A stretch of DNA of 63,683 nt from Nitrospinales bacterium (GCA_046757665.1 JBHHYO010000009.1:1-63683), one strand, 5' to 3'. Positions 49,360-61,407 are shown, counted from the first letter of the stretch. The notes: generated from the sequence alone by a model not told the origin. Translations and numbers: made by a program.

Positions 49360-50124
49360 ATGGAAGAAAATCCCACAACCGCTTCGCCGGATACTGCTGT
49401 CCAGGTCAAAAATTTGCGGAAAAACTTTGGTTTCATTCAAGCCCTCCGCGGAATCGACTTCGATTTGGCCAAGGGAGAATTTCTGACGATTTTCGGTCCT
49501 AACGGAGCGGGAAAGACAACCCTGATCAAAATCCTTTCTACCTTGACCAAGCCGACCTCCGGCACTGCCCGTGTCGCAGGTTATGATGTCCTGGCGGGAG
49601 ACCCGCGACTGCGGAATGAAATCGGTGTGATCTCGCATGTCTCCTTTCTGTACGAGGACTTGACGGCGCTGGAGAACATGCTTTTTTATGCTAAAATGTA
49701 TCACTTGGAAAATCAAAAAGGCCGGGCAGTGCAGGTCATTGAGGAAGTGGGTTTGAAAGCCCGGATGCATGACCGTGTGCGCACATTTTCCAGGGGCATG
49801 TTGCAACGCCTTTCCATCGCCCGGGCGGTTATCCATCAGCCTTCCGTGTTGTTCCTTGATGAGCCATATACCGGGCTGGATCAACATGCCTCCAACTTGT
49901 TTAAGGAACAACTTTATTCCCTGCATACATCGAAGCGCACGATTTTGATGACGACGCACGATATCTCGCGCGGACTGGAAATGTGCGACCGGGCGGCTAT
50001 TCTGGTGAAAGGGCGGATCGCTTTGATGAAATCGGTTGGGGATATTGACAAGAACGGATTTGACGACCTGTATTTCGAAACAGTAGCTAATGAAAAATCC
50101 CTGAACTCCTTTAGGGATAAATGA
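49360..50124 (+). CDS. ccmA: Heme ABC exporter ATPase CcmA
   Basis: GPNGAGKTT, FSRGMLQR, LDEP; ccm context. Confidence 0.9.
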   Translation: MEENPTTASPDTAVQVKNLRKNFGFIQALRGIDFDLAKGEFLTIFGPNGAGKTTLIKILSTLTKPTSGTARVAGYDVLAGDPRLRNEIGVISHVSFLYEDLTALENMLFYAKMYHLENQKGRAVQVIEEVGLKARMHDRVRTFSRGMLQRLSIARAVIHQPSVLFLDEPYTGLDQHASNLFKEQLYSLHTSKRTILMTTHDISRGLEMCDRAAILVKGRIALMKSVGDIDKNGFDDLYFETVANEKSLNSFRDK

Positions 50125-50158
50125 TCCCCGTGTGCGTTTACTGTGTGGATGAATTCCT

Positions 50159-50839
50159 ATGCGTCAATATGTAGACCAGGTCATTGCCATTGTATGGAAA
50201 GATTTGCTTACCGAGTTAAAAACCCGGGAAATGCTCAGCTCCATGTTTGTGTTTTCCGTATTGGTGATCCTCATTTTTATTTTTTCCATCAACTTGAGCA
50301 TTGTCAACGCCAATGACGTTGGCCCCGGCGTGCTATGGGTGGCGTTTGTTTTTTCCGGAACCCTTGGCTTGAACCGGTCATTCACCCTAGAAAAGAACAA
50401 CGGTTGTTTACAGGGCATCATGCTGACACCCGTGGACCGGACCGCGATTTATTTTGGCAAAATGATCAGCAACCTTTTATTTTTGCTGGTCATGGAAGCA
50501 TTTATCTTGCCGCTGTTCATGATCTTTTTTAATGTAGACATTCTGAGAAACCTTTTGCCGCTGTTGGTTGTGATTTTCCTGGGAACGGTGGGGTTTTGCG
50601 CGCTGGGAGTTTTGCTGTCCTCCATAGCTTCGAATTTGGAAACACGGGAAATCATGCTCCCCATATTGCTGTACCCGCTACTGGTCCCCGTGGTTATTGG
50701 ATCGGTAAAAATGACCGGCCAACTGCTGGCGGGAAAATCCCTGGCGGATATGACGAATTGGATCGGTTTGATCGTCAGCTTTGATATTATATATGTGGCG
50801 GCATCGATCATGACGATTGACCATATTCTTGAGGAGTGA
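50159..50839 (+). CDS. ccmB: Heme exporter permease CcmB
   Basis: KDL..E.K.RE, GVLWVA, RSF..EK..G.L, LPILLYPLLVP. Confidence 0.93.
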   Translation: MRQYVDQVIAIVWKDLLTELKTREMLSSMFVFSVLVILIFIFSINLSIVNANDVGPGVLWVAFVFSGTLGLNRSFTLEKNNGCLQGIMLTPVDRTAIYFGKMISNLLFLLVMEAFILPLFMIFFNVDILRNLLPLLVVIFLGTVGFCALGVLLSSIASNLETREIMLPILLYPLLVPVVIGSVKMTGQLLAGKSLADMTNWIGLIVSFDIIYVAASIMTIDHILEE

Positions 50840-50844
50840 GACGA

Positions 50845-50997
50845 ATGGATGACCAGTTGGGTTTTTTATTTGCGGCCAATGCGTTTGTTTGGGCGGGGAT
50901 CTTTCTATACATATTCAGGCTGATGAGGCAAAACCAGGCGTTAAAGAGAGACCTTGACTTGCTGAAAGACACCCTCAACAAAAATATCGAAAAATGA
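50845..50997 (+). CDS. ccmD: CcmD-like small membrane protein (absent from the ORF track)
   Basis: 50 aa MDDQLGFLFAANAFVWAGIFLYIFRLMRQNQALKRDLDLLKDTLNKNIEK; GAGGAG RBS; ATGA overlap with ccmC. Confidence 0.75.
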   Translation: MDDQLGFLFAANAFVWAGIFLYIFRLMRQNQALKRDLDLLKDTLNKNIEK

Positions 50998-51695
50998 GTC
51001 TTGAAAACAAAACGCCGCCGGAAGAACAAGGTTATGGCCTGTTTTGGTTCAATGGCTTGGCTCTGGCGGCGGCTATCAGCGCTATTTTCATTTACGTTCC
51101 TACCGAAAAAACCGAAGGTGTCATTCAACGCATCATGTATTACCACGTGCCGTCGGCGTGGGTTGCTTTCCTGGCTTTTTTTGTGGTGTTTATCACCAGC
51201 ATCCTTTTCCTCTGGAAGAAAGACAGGGAGTGGGACATTTATGCCCATGCCTCAGCCGAGGTGGGGATTGTATTTTGTTCGCTGGTACTGATAACGGGAC
51301 CGATTTGGGCGAAACCCATCTGGGGCGCCTGGTGGGTGTGGGATGCCCGGTTGACCTCAACGCTGATTTTGTGGCTGATCTATGTGGCTTATCTGATGTT
51401 GCGCGTTCGGACTGAACAAGATTCTATGCGGGCGCGTTATGCGGCCGTAGTTGGTATTGTCGGTTTTCTGGATATTCCCATCATCCATTTTTCCGTTTTG
51501 TGGTGGCGAACGTTTCACCCCTCCCCAAAGGTCATTTCCCAAGAGGGTTTGGGGAAGGGCATGGATCCCTCCATGCTGGCTACCCTGTTGATTTCTCTTG
51601 GCGCGTTCACCTTGCTGTATTTTCTGTTGATGGGACAGAGGGTTCGGATAGAGAAGATGAAAGATGAAATCGATCGCCTCAAGAAAGAAGGGTAA
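50994..51695 (+). CDS. ccmC: Heme exporter protein CcmC
   Basis: YYHVPSAW, WWD motif WAKPIWGAWWVWDARLT, WWRTFHP. Confidence 0.96.
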   Translation: MSLENKTPPEEQGYGLFWFNGLALAAAISAIFIYVPTEKTEGVIQRIMYYHVPSAWVAFLAFFVVFITSILFLWKKDREWDIYAHASAEVGIVFCSLVLITGPIWAKPIWGAWWVWDARLTSTLILWLIYVAYLMLRVRTEQDSMRARYAAVVGIVGFLDIPIIHFSVLWWRTFHPSPKVISQEGLGKGMDPSMLATLLISLGAFTLLYFLLMGQRVRIEKMKDEIDRLKKEG

Positions 51696-52263
51696 AAAAT
51701 ATATCCGCCTTTTTGTGTTGTTGTTTGTCCTGGCCATCCTTTCCTTTTTAATCCACTTCAATGAAGACCCTCTCAACGTTGACCAAGTCAAAGTTCGGAA
51801 AACTTACGATCAGGAAAAACCGAGGGCGGGATATCGGGCTCCCCTGTTTACTCTGAAAAACCTGCAGGGAGGACCGGAAAGCCTGGCGTCCTATCGCGGC
51901 AAAGTGGTTCTCCTCAATTTCTGGGCCACCTGGTGCGCTCCCTGCCGTGTCGAGATGCCGTCGTTTGAAACGCTTTACCGCCGCTATCGCTCGAGAGGGC
52001 TGGTCGTTATTGCCGTGAACCTCGACAAAACAGATGTGGAAAAAGTGAAAATGTTTGTTGACACGCGCCGCCTGTCTTTCCCTGTCGTATTGGATCCCGA
52101 AGGCCGGGTCGAAAAACTGTATCCTTCATTCACCATTCCCGCAACCTATGTGATAGACAAATCTGGCCATGTGGTCACTCAGGTGGATGGGGCTAAAAAC
52201 TGGGAATCGAAAGAAACCTTCGAAGCCGTGGAGTTTTTGTTGAACCAGCCCGTTGCCGGTTAA
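51664..52263 (+). CDS. TlpA/ResA-type thiol-disulfide oxidoreductase (CcmG role likely)
   Basis: TM anchor, LNFWATWCAPCRVEMP, IPATYVID. Confidence 0.9.
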   Translation: MKSIASRKKGKKYIRLFVLLFVLAILSFLIHFNEDPLNVDQVKVRKTYDQEKPRAGYRAPLFTLKNLQGGPESLASYRGKVVLLNFWATWCAPCRVEMPSFETLYRRYRSRGLVVIAVNLDKTDVEKVKMFVDTRRLSFPVVLDPEGRVEKLYPSFTIPATYVIDKSGHVVTQVDGAKNWESKETFEAVEFLLNQPVAG

Positions 52264-52372
52264 AAAATCCTGCAAACCCGGAAGAATCAAAATTGGTTAT
52301 ACTATGAGTCCAGGCCGGTAATGAAGGCAACCGTTTCCATTTAACGGAGGCCGGAGGGTGGGTGTACGAGAG

Positions 52373-54196
52373 ATGAAAAGAGGAACTCAGACATTTTTAC
52401 TGCTTAGCGTGGTCATTATTGTCCTTGACCTGATATTTGTGTGGATCAATTACAAGTCCTCGAAAGAAGCTTTGCAGAAAACCATTGTCCGTGACGGCAA
52501 GGCCATGGAAATCACCTTCGCCCGCACCCTCGACAGCCATGCCACCGACTTGCAGAAAATGGCCGCTTTTGTTTCTGGAAACAGTTTGATCCAGAGCCTT
52601 TTGTTGCGGGCCAAGCGGGCCATCGAGGAAGAAGGTGGGGGCGTGGGTGGGGAAAAATCCCGGGCCGCTCGTAATGATCTGTATGAAAATATCGAAGACA
52701 CTTGGGAAGTCATGAGAGAGCGAGGCGGCGTTCGGCAACTGACGTTTTACCTGGCGCCGAGCACCTTGGTTTTTCTGCGTGCCCACGATCCGGAAAGGTT
52801 CGGCGACCGCATGGACAAAGTGCGCTTGACCATCATGCGGACCAACAGCCAACTCGTTCCCACCCGGGGATTTGAAGCGGGCAGAGAAGACACCGGTGTC
52901 CGTGGCGTTGTGCCGATTTTTGCCGATGATTCCGAAACCGACGAGAATGTGTATGTTGGAGCCGTGGAAGCAGTAAGGCCCATTTCGGTAGTGCTTGCCG
53001 ACCTCGACCAGCGCATGAATGCGGGATTTGCCGTTTTGTTGAACCGCCGGTACTTGAAATCCAACCTTTTTCCGGAAATTCTGGAAAAGCGCCTTGCCGC
53101 CAACCCGATGGTGGGTGATTTTTTTGTCGAGGCGTCCAGCCGTCCGGGGGTTCGCGCCTTGCTCAAAAATGAGGAAGTTTACAATCTGGCGGATTCTATC
53201 GGAATTAAGTTGGTCGAAATCGAAGGCTCCGTCACGAGTATCCTCAGCTTTCCCATGCGGGACTTTATCGGTCTCCAGAATCCTAACTTGCCGGACGCGG
53301 GCAGAGTTCTGGTCTGGCAAAGAGGAGACCCCATCCAGGCTTATGAAAAGGGAGTTAAAATCAATATCGCCTATGCAATAATAGGATTTATCATTATTGA
53401 GGCGCTGTTGTTCTTCGTTCTGAACGGTTATGAAAAACTGACGTGGACCATAAACAAGAAAAGCCTCCAGTTGCAATCCGCGCATGACGAACTGGAGCGG
53501 CGGGTCGAGGAATTGAAGGATTACCGTGAGCGGTTGCGGGAGTTAAATAACCGGCAACAAGCCGTCCGGGAGGAAGAAAAAACCCGCATCGCCCGGGAAG
53601 TGCACGATGAACTGGGCCAGGCCTTGACGGCATTGAAGATGGAATTGGCATGTGTCGAAAGCGAGCTGGGTGAGAAAAACGAAGCCCTGCGAGAAAGAAC
53701 GCGGGCCATGGGGAAATTGATTGACGGTACCGTCACCTCGGTGCAACGCATTTGTATCGAACTGCGCCCGCAAATCCTGGATGTGCTCGGTTTGCGTGAC
53801 GCCATGGAATGGCTTGCCCAGGAATTCCAGAAACGCAATGGCATTCAATGCGACATGACTTGGGATAACGATTCGGTTGACTTGAGCCGGGACCATTCCA
53901 CCACGTTTTTCCGCATTTTTCAGGAAACCCTGACCAATGTGGCGCGGCATTCCGAGGCCGACCATGTTTGGGTCAGTTTTAAAAACAATCAGGCGCACAT
54001 GACCTTGGAGGTCAAGGACAACGGCAAGGGAATTAAAAACGATCAAGCCCGGAAGACAAAATCGTTCGGCTTGATGGGGATCCGGGAACGCGCGATTCTC
54101 TGGGGCGGCGAGGTGAATATTCGTAGTGCCCCAGGCGAGGGAACGACCGTATCCGTGAAAATTCCCAAGACACCTCCACAGGAAAAACGGCAATGA
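52373..54196 (+). CDS. Sensor histidine kinase (Cache-like periplasmic domain, HisKA_3/NarX-type)
   Basis: Two TM helices, FLRAHDPERFGD sensor motif, RIAREVHDELGQ, QETLTNVARH, DNGKG, FGLMGIRER. Confidence 0.92.
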   Translation: MKRGTQTFLLLSVVIIVLDLIFVWINYKSSKEALQKTIVRDGKAMEITFARTLDSHATDLQKMAAFVSGNSLIQSLLLRAKRAIEEEGGGVGGEKSRAARNDLYENIEDTWEVMRERGGVRQLTFYLAPSTLVFLRAHDPERFGDRMDKVRLTIMRTNSQLVPTRGFEAGREDTGVRGVVPIFADDSETDENVYVGAVEAVRPISVVLADLDQRMNAGFAVLLNRRYLKSNLFPEILEKRLAANPMVGDFFVEASSRPGVRALLKNEEVYNLADSIGIKLVEIEGSVTSILSFPMRDFIGLQNPNLPDAGRVLVWQRGDPIQAYEKGVKINIAYAIIGFIIIEALLFFVLNGYEKLTWTINKKSLQLQSAHDELERRVEELKDYRERLRELNNRQQAVREEEKTRIAREVHDELGQALTALKMELACVESELGEKNEALRERTRAMGKLIDGTVTSVQRICIELRPQILDVLGLRDAMEWLAQEFQKRNGIQCDMTWDNDSVDLSRDHSTTFFRIFQETLTNVARHSEADHVWVSFKNNQAHMTLEVKDNGKGIKNDQARKTKSFGLMGIRERAILWGGEVNIRSAPGEGTTVSVKIPKTPPQEKRQ

Positions 54197-54831
54197 AGAA
54201 AATCAGGGTGCTCATCGCGGACGACCATTCCGTGGTCCGTCACGGTTTGAATCAGATTCTTTCAAAAACATCCGATCTGGTGGTTGTCGAAGAAGCGGAA
54301 AACGGCAATGAAGTTTTGGAAAAAATCTGCAAGATCGACGTCGACGTGATCTTGATGGACATTGAAATGCCCGGCAAAAGTGGCCTGGAAACCCTGATGC
54401 AGTTGAAAAACAGCAATCCCAAATTGCCGGTGCTTATCTTGAGCATCTTCCCCGAGGACCATTACGGCATAAGGCTTCTGAAAGCGGGAGCGGCCGGCTA
54501 TTTGACCAAAACCAGCGCCCCGGAACAACTGGTCGAAGCCATTCGCGCCGTTGCCCAGGGAGGAAAATTCGTCAGCCCCCACCTTGCCGAAAAACTGGTC
54601 ATGGATTTAGACAAGGACACGGACAAGCCGCTCCACGAAACCCTGTCGGGGCGTGAATTTCAGGTGTTCTGCATGATCGCCGCCGGAAAAAAATTGAAGG
54701 ACATCGCCGATGGCCTGTCGGTGGGCATAACGACCGTCAGCACCCACCGGGCGCGCATCCTGGAAAAAATGAACATGAAAACCAACGCCGAATTGATCCA
54801 TTACGCCCTCAAAAATGGATTGGTGAGTTAA
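54193..54831 (+). CDS. NarL/LuxR-family response regulator
   Basis: IADDH, MDIEMP, GYLTK, LSGREFQV helix-turn-helix. Confidence 0.95.
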   Translation: MKKIRVLIADDHSVVRHGLNQILSKTSDLVVVEEAENGNEVLEKICKIDVDVILMDIEMPGKSGLETLMQLKNSNPKLPVLILSIFPEDHYGIRLLKAGAAGYLTKTSAPEQLVEAIRAVAQGGKFVSPHLAEKLVMDLDKDTDKPLHETLSGREFQVFCMIAAGKKLKDIADGLSVGITTVSTHRARILEKMNMKTNAELIHYALKNGLVS

Positions 54832-54858
54832 CCCGGCGTAGTCTGTCGAGAAGAGTGG

Positions 54859-56328
54859 TTACAGAAACTCGCTGGCGGGAAGGGTCGTGGCTCCCATAAG
54901 GTACTGGTCGATGCCGCGGGCGGCTTCGCGTCCCTCGGCAATGGCCCAGACGACCAGCGACTGGCCGCGGGTCATGTCTCCGGCAACGAACACGCCGGGC
55001 ACACTGGTCATTTTGTTTGCATCGCAGGCGACGTTGCCGCGTTGGTCGAGTTCAACTCCCAGTTCCTTGATCATGCCTTCATGAATGGGATGCAGGAACC
55101 CCATAGCCAGCAAAACCAAATCGACGTGGCGTTCGAATTCGCTTCCAGGAATTTCGCTCATGGGCCGGCGGCCGGTGATGGGGTCCGGTTCGCCGAATTC
55201 CACCTTCACGGCGTGGACTTTTTTGAGTTTGCCGTTTTCTCCGGACAACCGTTTGGTCATAACACAGTATTCCCGCACGTCGCGGGGGGCCTCGTCGTGC
55301 GAGGAGGTGGAGCGCATGACAACCGGCCACTGGGGCCAGGGATTGGTTTTCGCCCGCTCCTTGGGTGGCGCGGGTAGCAACTCGAATTGATACACCATCT
55401 TCGCGCCCTGGCGCAAGGACGTGCCCAGACAGTCCGACCCGGTATCGCCGCCGCCGATGATCAACACGTTTTTGTCTTTAGCGGTGATCGATTGTTCCGG
55501 CGGGATGGTGTCGCCCTCCATGCGCCGGTTTTGCTGGGGCAAAAATTCCATGGCGAAGTGGACGCCTTCCAGGTTGCGCCCCTCGACGGGCAAGTCACGC
55601 GGTTTTTGTGAGCCACCGCACAATACCACGGCGTCATACCGCTCCTTCAATTCCACGGCGGAGATATCCACTCCGACATTGACGCCGGTTTTGAAAACGA
55701 TGCCCTCATCGGCCATCAGCTTGATGCGGCGCTTGACGATTTCCTTTTCCAGTTTGAAGTTGGGGATGCCGTACATCAGCAAACCGCCGACACGGTCGCT
55801 CTTCTCGTAAACGGTTACCTGGTGCCCGACGCTGTTGAGCTGGGCGGCGGCGGCCAGGCCGGCGGGACCCGATCCGACAACGGCGACTGTTTTCCCCGTG
55901 CGCTTCCGTGGCGGATGTGACCTGATCCAACCCATTTCAAACCCCTTGTCGGCAATGGCCTGCTCTATGCGGCGGATGGTGACCGGCGGCTCGTTGATGC
56001 CCAGCACACAGGCTCCCTCACAAGGCGCGGGGCAAATCCGCCCGGTGAACTCGGGAAAGTTGTTGGTTTTCGACATCAAGGCCAGGGCAGACTCCCATTG
56101 GCCGCGGTAAACCATGTCGTTCCAGTCCGGGATCAAGTTGCCCAGGGGACACCCGGTGCCGCTCTGGCAGAAAGGCACTCCGCAGTCCATGCAACGCGCC
56201 CCCTGTTCCTGGAACTTGTGGTCGGACATGGGACGGTAACATTCCTTATAGTCCTCCAACCGCTCGGGAATGGGTCTTCCCGGAGGCAGTTCACGCGCGA
56301 TTTCCATGAACCCTTTGACCGCGCCCAT
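54859..56328 (-). CDS. gltD: Glutamate synthase small subunit
   Basis: [47 protein letters not shown]. Confidence 0.97.
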   Translation of the reverse strand: MGAVKGFMEIARELPPGRPIPERLEDYKECYRPMSDHKFQEQGARCMDCGVPFCQSGTGCPLGNLIPDWNDMVYRGQWESALALMSKTNNFPEFTGRICPAPCEGACVLGINEPPVTIRRIEQAIADKGFEMGWIRSHPPRKRTGKTVAVVGSGPAGLAAAAQLNSVGHQVTVYEKSDRVGGLLMYGIPNFKLEKEIVKRRIKLMADEGIVFKTGVNVGVDISAVELKERYDAVVLCGGSQKPRDLPVEGRNLEGVHFAMEFLPQQNRRMEGDTIPPEQSITAKDKNVLIIGGGDTGSDCLGTSLRQGAKMVYQFELLPAPPKERAKTNPWPQWPVVMRSTSSHDEAPRDVREYCVMTKRLSGENGKLKKVHAVKVEFGEPDPITGRRPMSEIPGSEFERHVDLVLLAMGFLHPIHEGMIKELGVELDQRGNVACDANKMTSVPGVFVAGDMTRGQSLVVWAIAEGREAARGIDQYLMGATTLPASEFL

Positions 56329-59300
56329 CAGAGAACCTCCGCCATAAGAGTTTCTTTCTCCCGGCGCCGGCGTTCTTCGAGAACCCGCCGGTAGTCACGC
56401 GGATAAACTTTGACGAACCGGGGCAGGAAGGTTTCCCACTCATCAAGGATTCCAGCGGCGACCGTGCTTTGCGTGAACCGGTGATGTTCCTCGATCAACC
56501 GCCGGAGCGTGTTGATATCCTCTCTTTCCTCCACCGGCACGAGATCGACCATGCCGGGGTTGCACAGGGTGTTGAAGTTGCGGTCGCGGTCGAGGACATA
56601 AGCGATACCGCCGCTCATTCCGGCGGCAAAATTGCGTCCGACATCTCCGAGGACCACCACAATCCCTCCGGTCATATATTCGCAACCATGCTCGCCAACG
56701 CCTTCGACGACGGCATGGCAACCGCTGTTGCGAATGCAAAAACGCTCGCCGGCGACGCCGCGCAGATACGCTCTTCCTGAAATTGCCCCATAAAGCACCA
56801 CGTTGCCTACAATGATATTTTCTTCGGGAATAATGGTCGATTCCGCGGCGGGATGGACGATGATCGCTCCGCCGGACAATCCCTTGCCGAGATAGTCATT
56901 GGCATCGCCTTCCAGGCGGAAAGTGATGCCTGGCGCGAGAAATGCCCCAAAACTTTGCCCCGCCGACCCCTTGAAATGAATTTGGATCGTATCCTCCGGC
57001 AGACCCTCTTCACCATATTTCACGGAAACGTGATAGCTCAGCATGGCGCCGGTGGTGCGGTCGGTGTTGCCGATGGGAAGGTTAAGACGGACCTTGCTTT
57101 TATTGTCCAGCGCCGGCCGGCATTGGCGGATTAACTCATGGTCCAGCACGTTGGCGATGTTGCTGTGATCCTGCTCCACGACGTGCCGGATCGCCACGTT
57201 TTCGGGGACCTCCGGTTTGTAAAAAATATTGGATAAGTCAATTCCCGCGGCTTTCCAGTGATCGACCGCCGCATCGGTTTCGAGCAAGTCCACCCGGCCG
57301 ATCAGGTCATTGAACTTGCGGATGCCCAGTTGTGCCATGATTTCCCGGACCTCCTCGGCGATAAACCTGAACTGGTTGACCACGTATTCCGGTTTGCCGG
57401 CGAACTTTTTACGCAGTGCTTCATCCTGGGTGGCAATGCCGACGGAGCAGGTGTTGAGGTGGCATTTTCTCATCAAAATACAGCCCAATGAGACCAGGGC
57501 CGAGGTGGAGAAACCGAATTCATCGGCGCCGAGCAGTCCGCCGATGATGACGTCGCGCCCGGTTTTAATCTGACCGTCGACCTGGACGGCGATGCGGCCG
57601 CGCAGGTCATTCATGACCAGAATCTGCTGAGTTTCCGCCAGGCCCAGTTCCCAGGGAAGCCCGGCGTGTTTGATGGAGGTTTGCGGGGATGCTCCCGTGC
57701 CGCCGTCATGGCCGGCGATCAGTACACCATCGGCATGTGCCTTGGAAACCCCGGCGGCCACGGTGCCCACGCCCATTTCCGCCACCAGCTTGACGCTGAC
57801 CTTACCGTTGGGGTTGGCGTTATGCAGATCGAAGATCAACTGTTGCAAATCCTCGATAGAATAAATATCGTGGTGTGGCGGCGGTGAGATGAGGCCCACC
57901 CCCGGTGTGGAGTGGCGAATTTTGGCAATGTACTCGCTGACCTTGTGACCGGGCAACTGACCGCCTTCGCCGGGCTTGGCGCCCTGGGCGATTTTGATCT
58001 GCATTTCGTCGGCGTTCGCCAGGTAGTAACTGTTTACCCCAAACCGTCCGGAGGCTACCTGCTTGATCTTGCTACGGCGCGAATCGCCATTGGGATCGAG
58101 AATGTAACGTACGGGGTCCTCTCCACCCTCACCGGTGTTGCTTCGTCCGCCCAGCCGGTTCATGGCAATGGCGAGGGTCTCATGGGCCTCCCGCGAGATG
58201 GAGCCGATGGACATGGCTCCCGTGCAGAATCGTTTGGTGATTTCCGAGACCGGCTCGACGTCGTCGATGTCGATAGGCGTGCATTTCTTGAATTTGAACA
58301 GGCCGCGCAGGGTGCATTGCCGGGTGCTGATTTCGTCGGAAATTTTACTGAATTTTTTGTACAGGGCATAGTTGTTGGAGCGCACGGCGTGTTGCAGGGT
58401 AGCAACGGTGTTGGGATTTAACATGTGATGCTCCTCGCCGCGCCGCCAGTGGTAATTGCCGCCGGGATCCATGACGTAGGGACCGCCATTGGTGGCGGCA
58501 AATGCCCGATGGTGCCGCGTCAAAGTTTCGCGGGCGATCACCTCCAGCCCGACGCCGCCGACACGCGATGGGGTTCCGGTGAAATAGCGATTGATTACCG
58601 AATCATTCAGACCGACGGCCTCGAAAATCTGTGCGCCGCGGGAGCTTTGGATCGTCGAGATGCCCATTTTGGCGATAATTTTAAACAGTCCCTTACGGGT
58701 TGAATTCAGGTAGTTCTCCAGGGCAGTCGGGATGTCGATATTTTTCACGAAAACGTTGTCCCGGACCAATTGGGCGACCGTTTGATAAGCCAGATAGGGG
58801 TAGATCGCCCCGGCGCCATAGCCGATGAGCAGGGCGAAGTGCATCATCTCGCGGGCTTCTCCGGTCTCCACCACCAGGCCGACCGATGTGCGGGTCAACT
58901 CCCGCAACAAATGATGATGTACCGCGGCGGTGGCCAGCAGACTGGGAATGGCGGCGTTGCCGGCATCCAGGCCGCGGTCCGTAAGAACCAGGATCGTAGC
59001 GCCGTCGCGGATGGCTTGGGATGCTTTTTGACATAAATTTTCCAACCCCTTTTGCAAACCGTCCTCGCCCTCGGACACGGGGAACAACATGGGCAGGGAA
59101 ACGGTTTTCAAGCCCGGCCGGTCTAAACCACGAACCCTTTCCATCTCCCGGTCGTTAAGAATCGGATGCTGAATTTTGAGCTTGCGGCAATGCTCTGGCG
59201 ACTCGCTCAGCAAATTCAATTCTTTTCCCAAGGTGATCTCCATCGACATCACCAACTCCTCACGGATGGAGTCGATAGCCGGGTTGGTGACCTGGGCGAA

Positions 59301-60869
59301 CAGTTGCTTGAAATAATTGAACAACAACTGGGGCTTGTTGGATAACACCGCAAGCGGGGTGTCATTGCCCATGGAACCGGTGGCTTCCATGCCGTTCTGC
59401 ACCATGGGGGCCAGAACGATTTTGAGGTCTTCCGCCGTGTAGCCGAAAGCCGAATGACCGACTGGCAAGGAAATCGTTTTCGCTTGAGGGGCGGTTGCCG
59501 GGTCCGGCAGGTTTTCCAGGTTCACCTGGTTTTCCTTGACCCAGAGCGTATAAGGCTTGCGGCTGAAGATATCGGATTTTAACTCGTCATCGGCGATGAT
59601 ACGTCCCTGGCCGAGATCGACGAGAAACATTTTGCCGGGTTGCAACCGTCCCTTGAATTGAATGTTGGCCTCATCGACCGGCAACACGCCCACTTCGGAA
59701 GCCATGATCACCATATGGTCCTTGGTAACGATATAACGTGAGGGGCGCAGGCCGTTGCGGTCAAGAACGGCGCCGATCACTTCGCCGTCGGAGAACGCCA
59801 TGGATGCCGGCCCGTCCCACGGCTCCATCATGGAAGCGTGAAATTCGTAGAATCCGCGTTTGTCCGCGCTCATCGCTTTGTGCCCGCTCCAGGGCTCGGG
59901 AATCATCATCATCATGGCGTGCGACAAGGGTCTGCCGGACAGATAAAGCAACTCCAGGGCATTATCGAAATCCGCCGAGTCACTGCCTCCCGGTTCGATG
60001 ACCGGCAGGATTTTTTGAATGTCGTCGAACTTGTCCGATTCAAACACGGCCTCACGGGCGCGCATCCAGTTTTGATTGCCGCGGACGGTGTTGATTTCTC
60101 CGTTGTGGGCCAGGAGGCGCAGGGGTTGTGCCCGGCTCCAGGACGGAAATGTGTTGGTGCTGTACCGGGAATGCGCTATGGCCAGGGCCGACTCCAAATC
60201 CGCGTCCTTAAGATCGAGGTAAAAGGTCTCCAACTGCTCGGACATCAATTGGCCCTTGTAAATGAAGGTGCGGCAGGAAAGACTGCAAATATAAAATTGC
60301 TCGTCTTCGTTGAGCCCCGATTTCAGGACGCGCATTGAGACCTGCTTGCGCAAGCTGTAAAGCTTTCTTTCCAGCTCCATGGTGTCCCCCACGGACTGTT
60401 GGGGGGCGACAAAGATCTGGCGGATGATCGGTTCCACCTTGCGGGCGGTTACGCCGATGGTCGTGTTGTCTACGGGGACATCCCGCCAGCCGAGAATGGC
60501 CAAGCCCTCCCGCTCGGCGGTTTCCTCGAAAATTCGGACGCAGGCGGCGGCGCGTTCCTTGTCCTGCGGGAGAAACACCTGGCCCGCGCCATATTTTCCC
60601 GGCTCCGGCAGGGCGATCCGCAATCCGGCGCAATGCTTGCTGAAGAATTTGTGGGGCAATTGGATCAAGATGCCGGCGCCGTCACCCGTCAACGGGTCGC
60701 TACCCACGGCGCCCCGGTGCTCCAGCTTTCTAAGAATCTCCAAACCATCGAGAACAATCTGGTGCGATTTCCGCCCTTTCATGTGAGCGACAAACCCCAC
60801 GCCGCAATTTTCCTTCTCAAAGGCAGGGTCGTATAATCCTTGTTTTTTTGGCAAGCTTGAATAGTTCAT
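56328..60869 (-). CDS. gltB: Glutamate synthase large subunit
   Basis: CGVGF N-terminal nucleophile, [48 protein letters not shown]-terminal domain. Confidence 0.98.
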   Translation of the reverse strand: MNYSSLPKKQGLYDPAFEKENCGVGFVAHMKGRKSHQIVLDGLEILRKLEHRGAVGSDPLTGDGAGILIQLPHKFFSKHCAGLRIALPEPGKYGAGQVFLPQDKERAAACVRIFEETAEREGLAILGWRDVPVDNTTIGVTARKVEPIIRQIFVAPQQSVGDTMELERKLYSLRKQVSMRVLKSGLNEDEQFYICSLSCRTFIYKGQLMSEQLETFYLDLKDADLESALAIAHSRYSTNTFPSWSRAQPLRLLAHNGEINTVRGNQNWMRAREAVFESDKFDDIQKILPVIEPGGSDSADFDNALELLYLSGRPLSHAMMMMIPEPWSGHKAMSADKRGFYEFHASMMEPWDGPASMAFSDGEVIGAVLDRNGLRPSRYIVTKDHMVIMASEVGVLPVDEANIQFKGRLQPGKMFLVDLGQGRIIADDELKSDIFSRKPYTLWVKENQVNLENLPDPATAPQAKTISLPVGHSAFGYTAEDLKIVLAPMVQNGMEATGSMGNDTPLAVLSNKPQLLFNYFKQLFAQVTNPAIDSIREELVMSMEITLGKELNLLSESPEHCRKLKIQHPILNDREMERVRGLDRPGLKTVSLPMLFPVSEGEDGLQKGLENLCQKASQAIRDGATILVLTDRGLDAGNAAIPSLLATAAVHHHLLRELTRTSVGLVVETGEAREMMHFALLIGYGAGAIYPYLAYQTVAQLVRDNVFVKNIDIPTALENYLNSTRKGLFKIIAKMGISTIQSSRGAQIFEAVGLNDSVINRYFTGTPSRVGGVGLEVIARETLTRHHRAFAATNGGPYVMDPGGNYHWRRGEEHHMLNPNTVATLQHAVRSNNYALYKKFSKISDEISTRQCTLRGLFKFKKCTPIDIDDVEPVSEITKRFCTGAMSIGSISREAHETLAIAMNRLGGRSNTGEGGEDPVRYILDPNGDSRRSKIKQVASGRFGVNSYYLANADEMQIKIAQGAKPGEGGQLPGHKVSEYIAKIRHSTPGVGLISPPPHHDIYSIEDLQQLIFDLHNANPNGKVSVKLVAEMGVGTVAAGVSKAHADGVLIAGHDGGTGASPQTSIKHAGLPWELGLAETQQILVMNDLRGRIAVQVDGQIKTGRDVIIGGLLGADEFGFSTSALVSLGCILMRKCHLNTCSVGIATQDEALRKKFAGKPEYVVNQFRFIAEEVREIMAQLGIRKFNDLIGRVDLLETDAAVDHWKAAGIDLSNIFYKPEVPENVAIRHVVEQDHSNIANVLDHELIRQCRPALDNKSKVRLNLPIGNTDRTTGAMLSYHVSVKYGEEGLPEDTIQIHFKGSAGQSFGAFLAPGITFRLEGDANDYLGKGLSGGAIIVHPAAESTIIPEENIIVGNVVLYGAISGRAYLRGVAGERFCIRNSGCHAVVEGVGEHGCEYMTGGIVVVLGDVGRNFAAGMSGGIAYVLDRDRNFNTLCNPGMVDLVPVEEREDINTLRRLIEEHHRFTQSTVAAGILDEWETFLPRFVKVYPRDYRRVLEERRRREKETLMAEVL

Positions 60870-60958
60870 GATTGTTAAAAATAATAAAAAATTATCGGAA
60901 ACTTCCTCAGAAGTTGCAAAAAACCTCAAAAACGCGCACTTCAACAATATTCAAATAA

Positions 60959-60974
60959 AGCAAATTGCGTGCCT
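60959..60974 (-). promoter_or_regulatory. Sigma54 (-24/-12) promoter of gltBD
   Basis: Minus strand AGGCACG-CAAT-TTGCT versus consensus TGGCACG-N4-TTGCW, ~90 bp upstream of gltB. Confidence 0.7.
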
Positions 60975-61407
60975 AAAACAACACGGCATTGATTTGATTT
61001 CGGTTGCGCCCGTCGAGCCGAAATGCGGATTCGATAATTGTGTTTTTTTATGACATTGCGGTGTTGCTTTATTATATAATCACAAAATCCCGGAAAATTC
61101 GATTGAAAAAACGTACGAAGAATGAGGCGCGTTTTGTTGCGGGTTAATGCCGGGTCATGGGCAAGCGCAAACGTCATGGGCCGCATTTGAATTTTCGATG
61201 CCTCGGAGCCAGGTAATTTCCCATTATAGCTGTATTTTAACCGGGAATTCTGATACAACTGATTGCGCGGAGGGTTTTTCCAGTACCCTCGGGTAATCTC
61301 CCTTCCGTCGTTGGTCCGCATCCCCGGTTTTTAAAAATCATGGGTTGCCGTTTTCGACCGAAGAGGGCTAAAATAAATAGAACAGGTTTCTATCTTGGAG
61401 AAGCGCA

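Noticed and set aside
45350-52300. Apparently lower GC across the ccm region, suggesting horizontal transfer
   Set aside because: Judged by eye only; membrane-protein codon bias can explain it and there are no mobility signatures.
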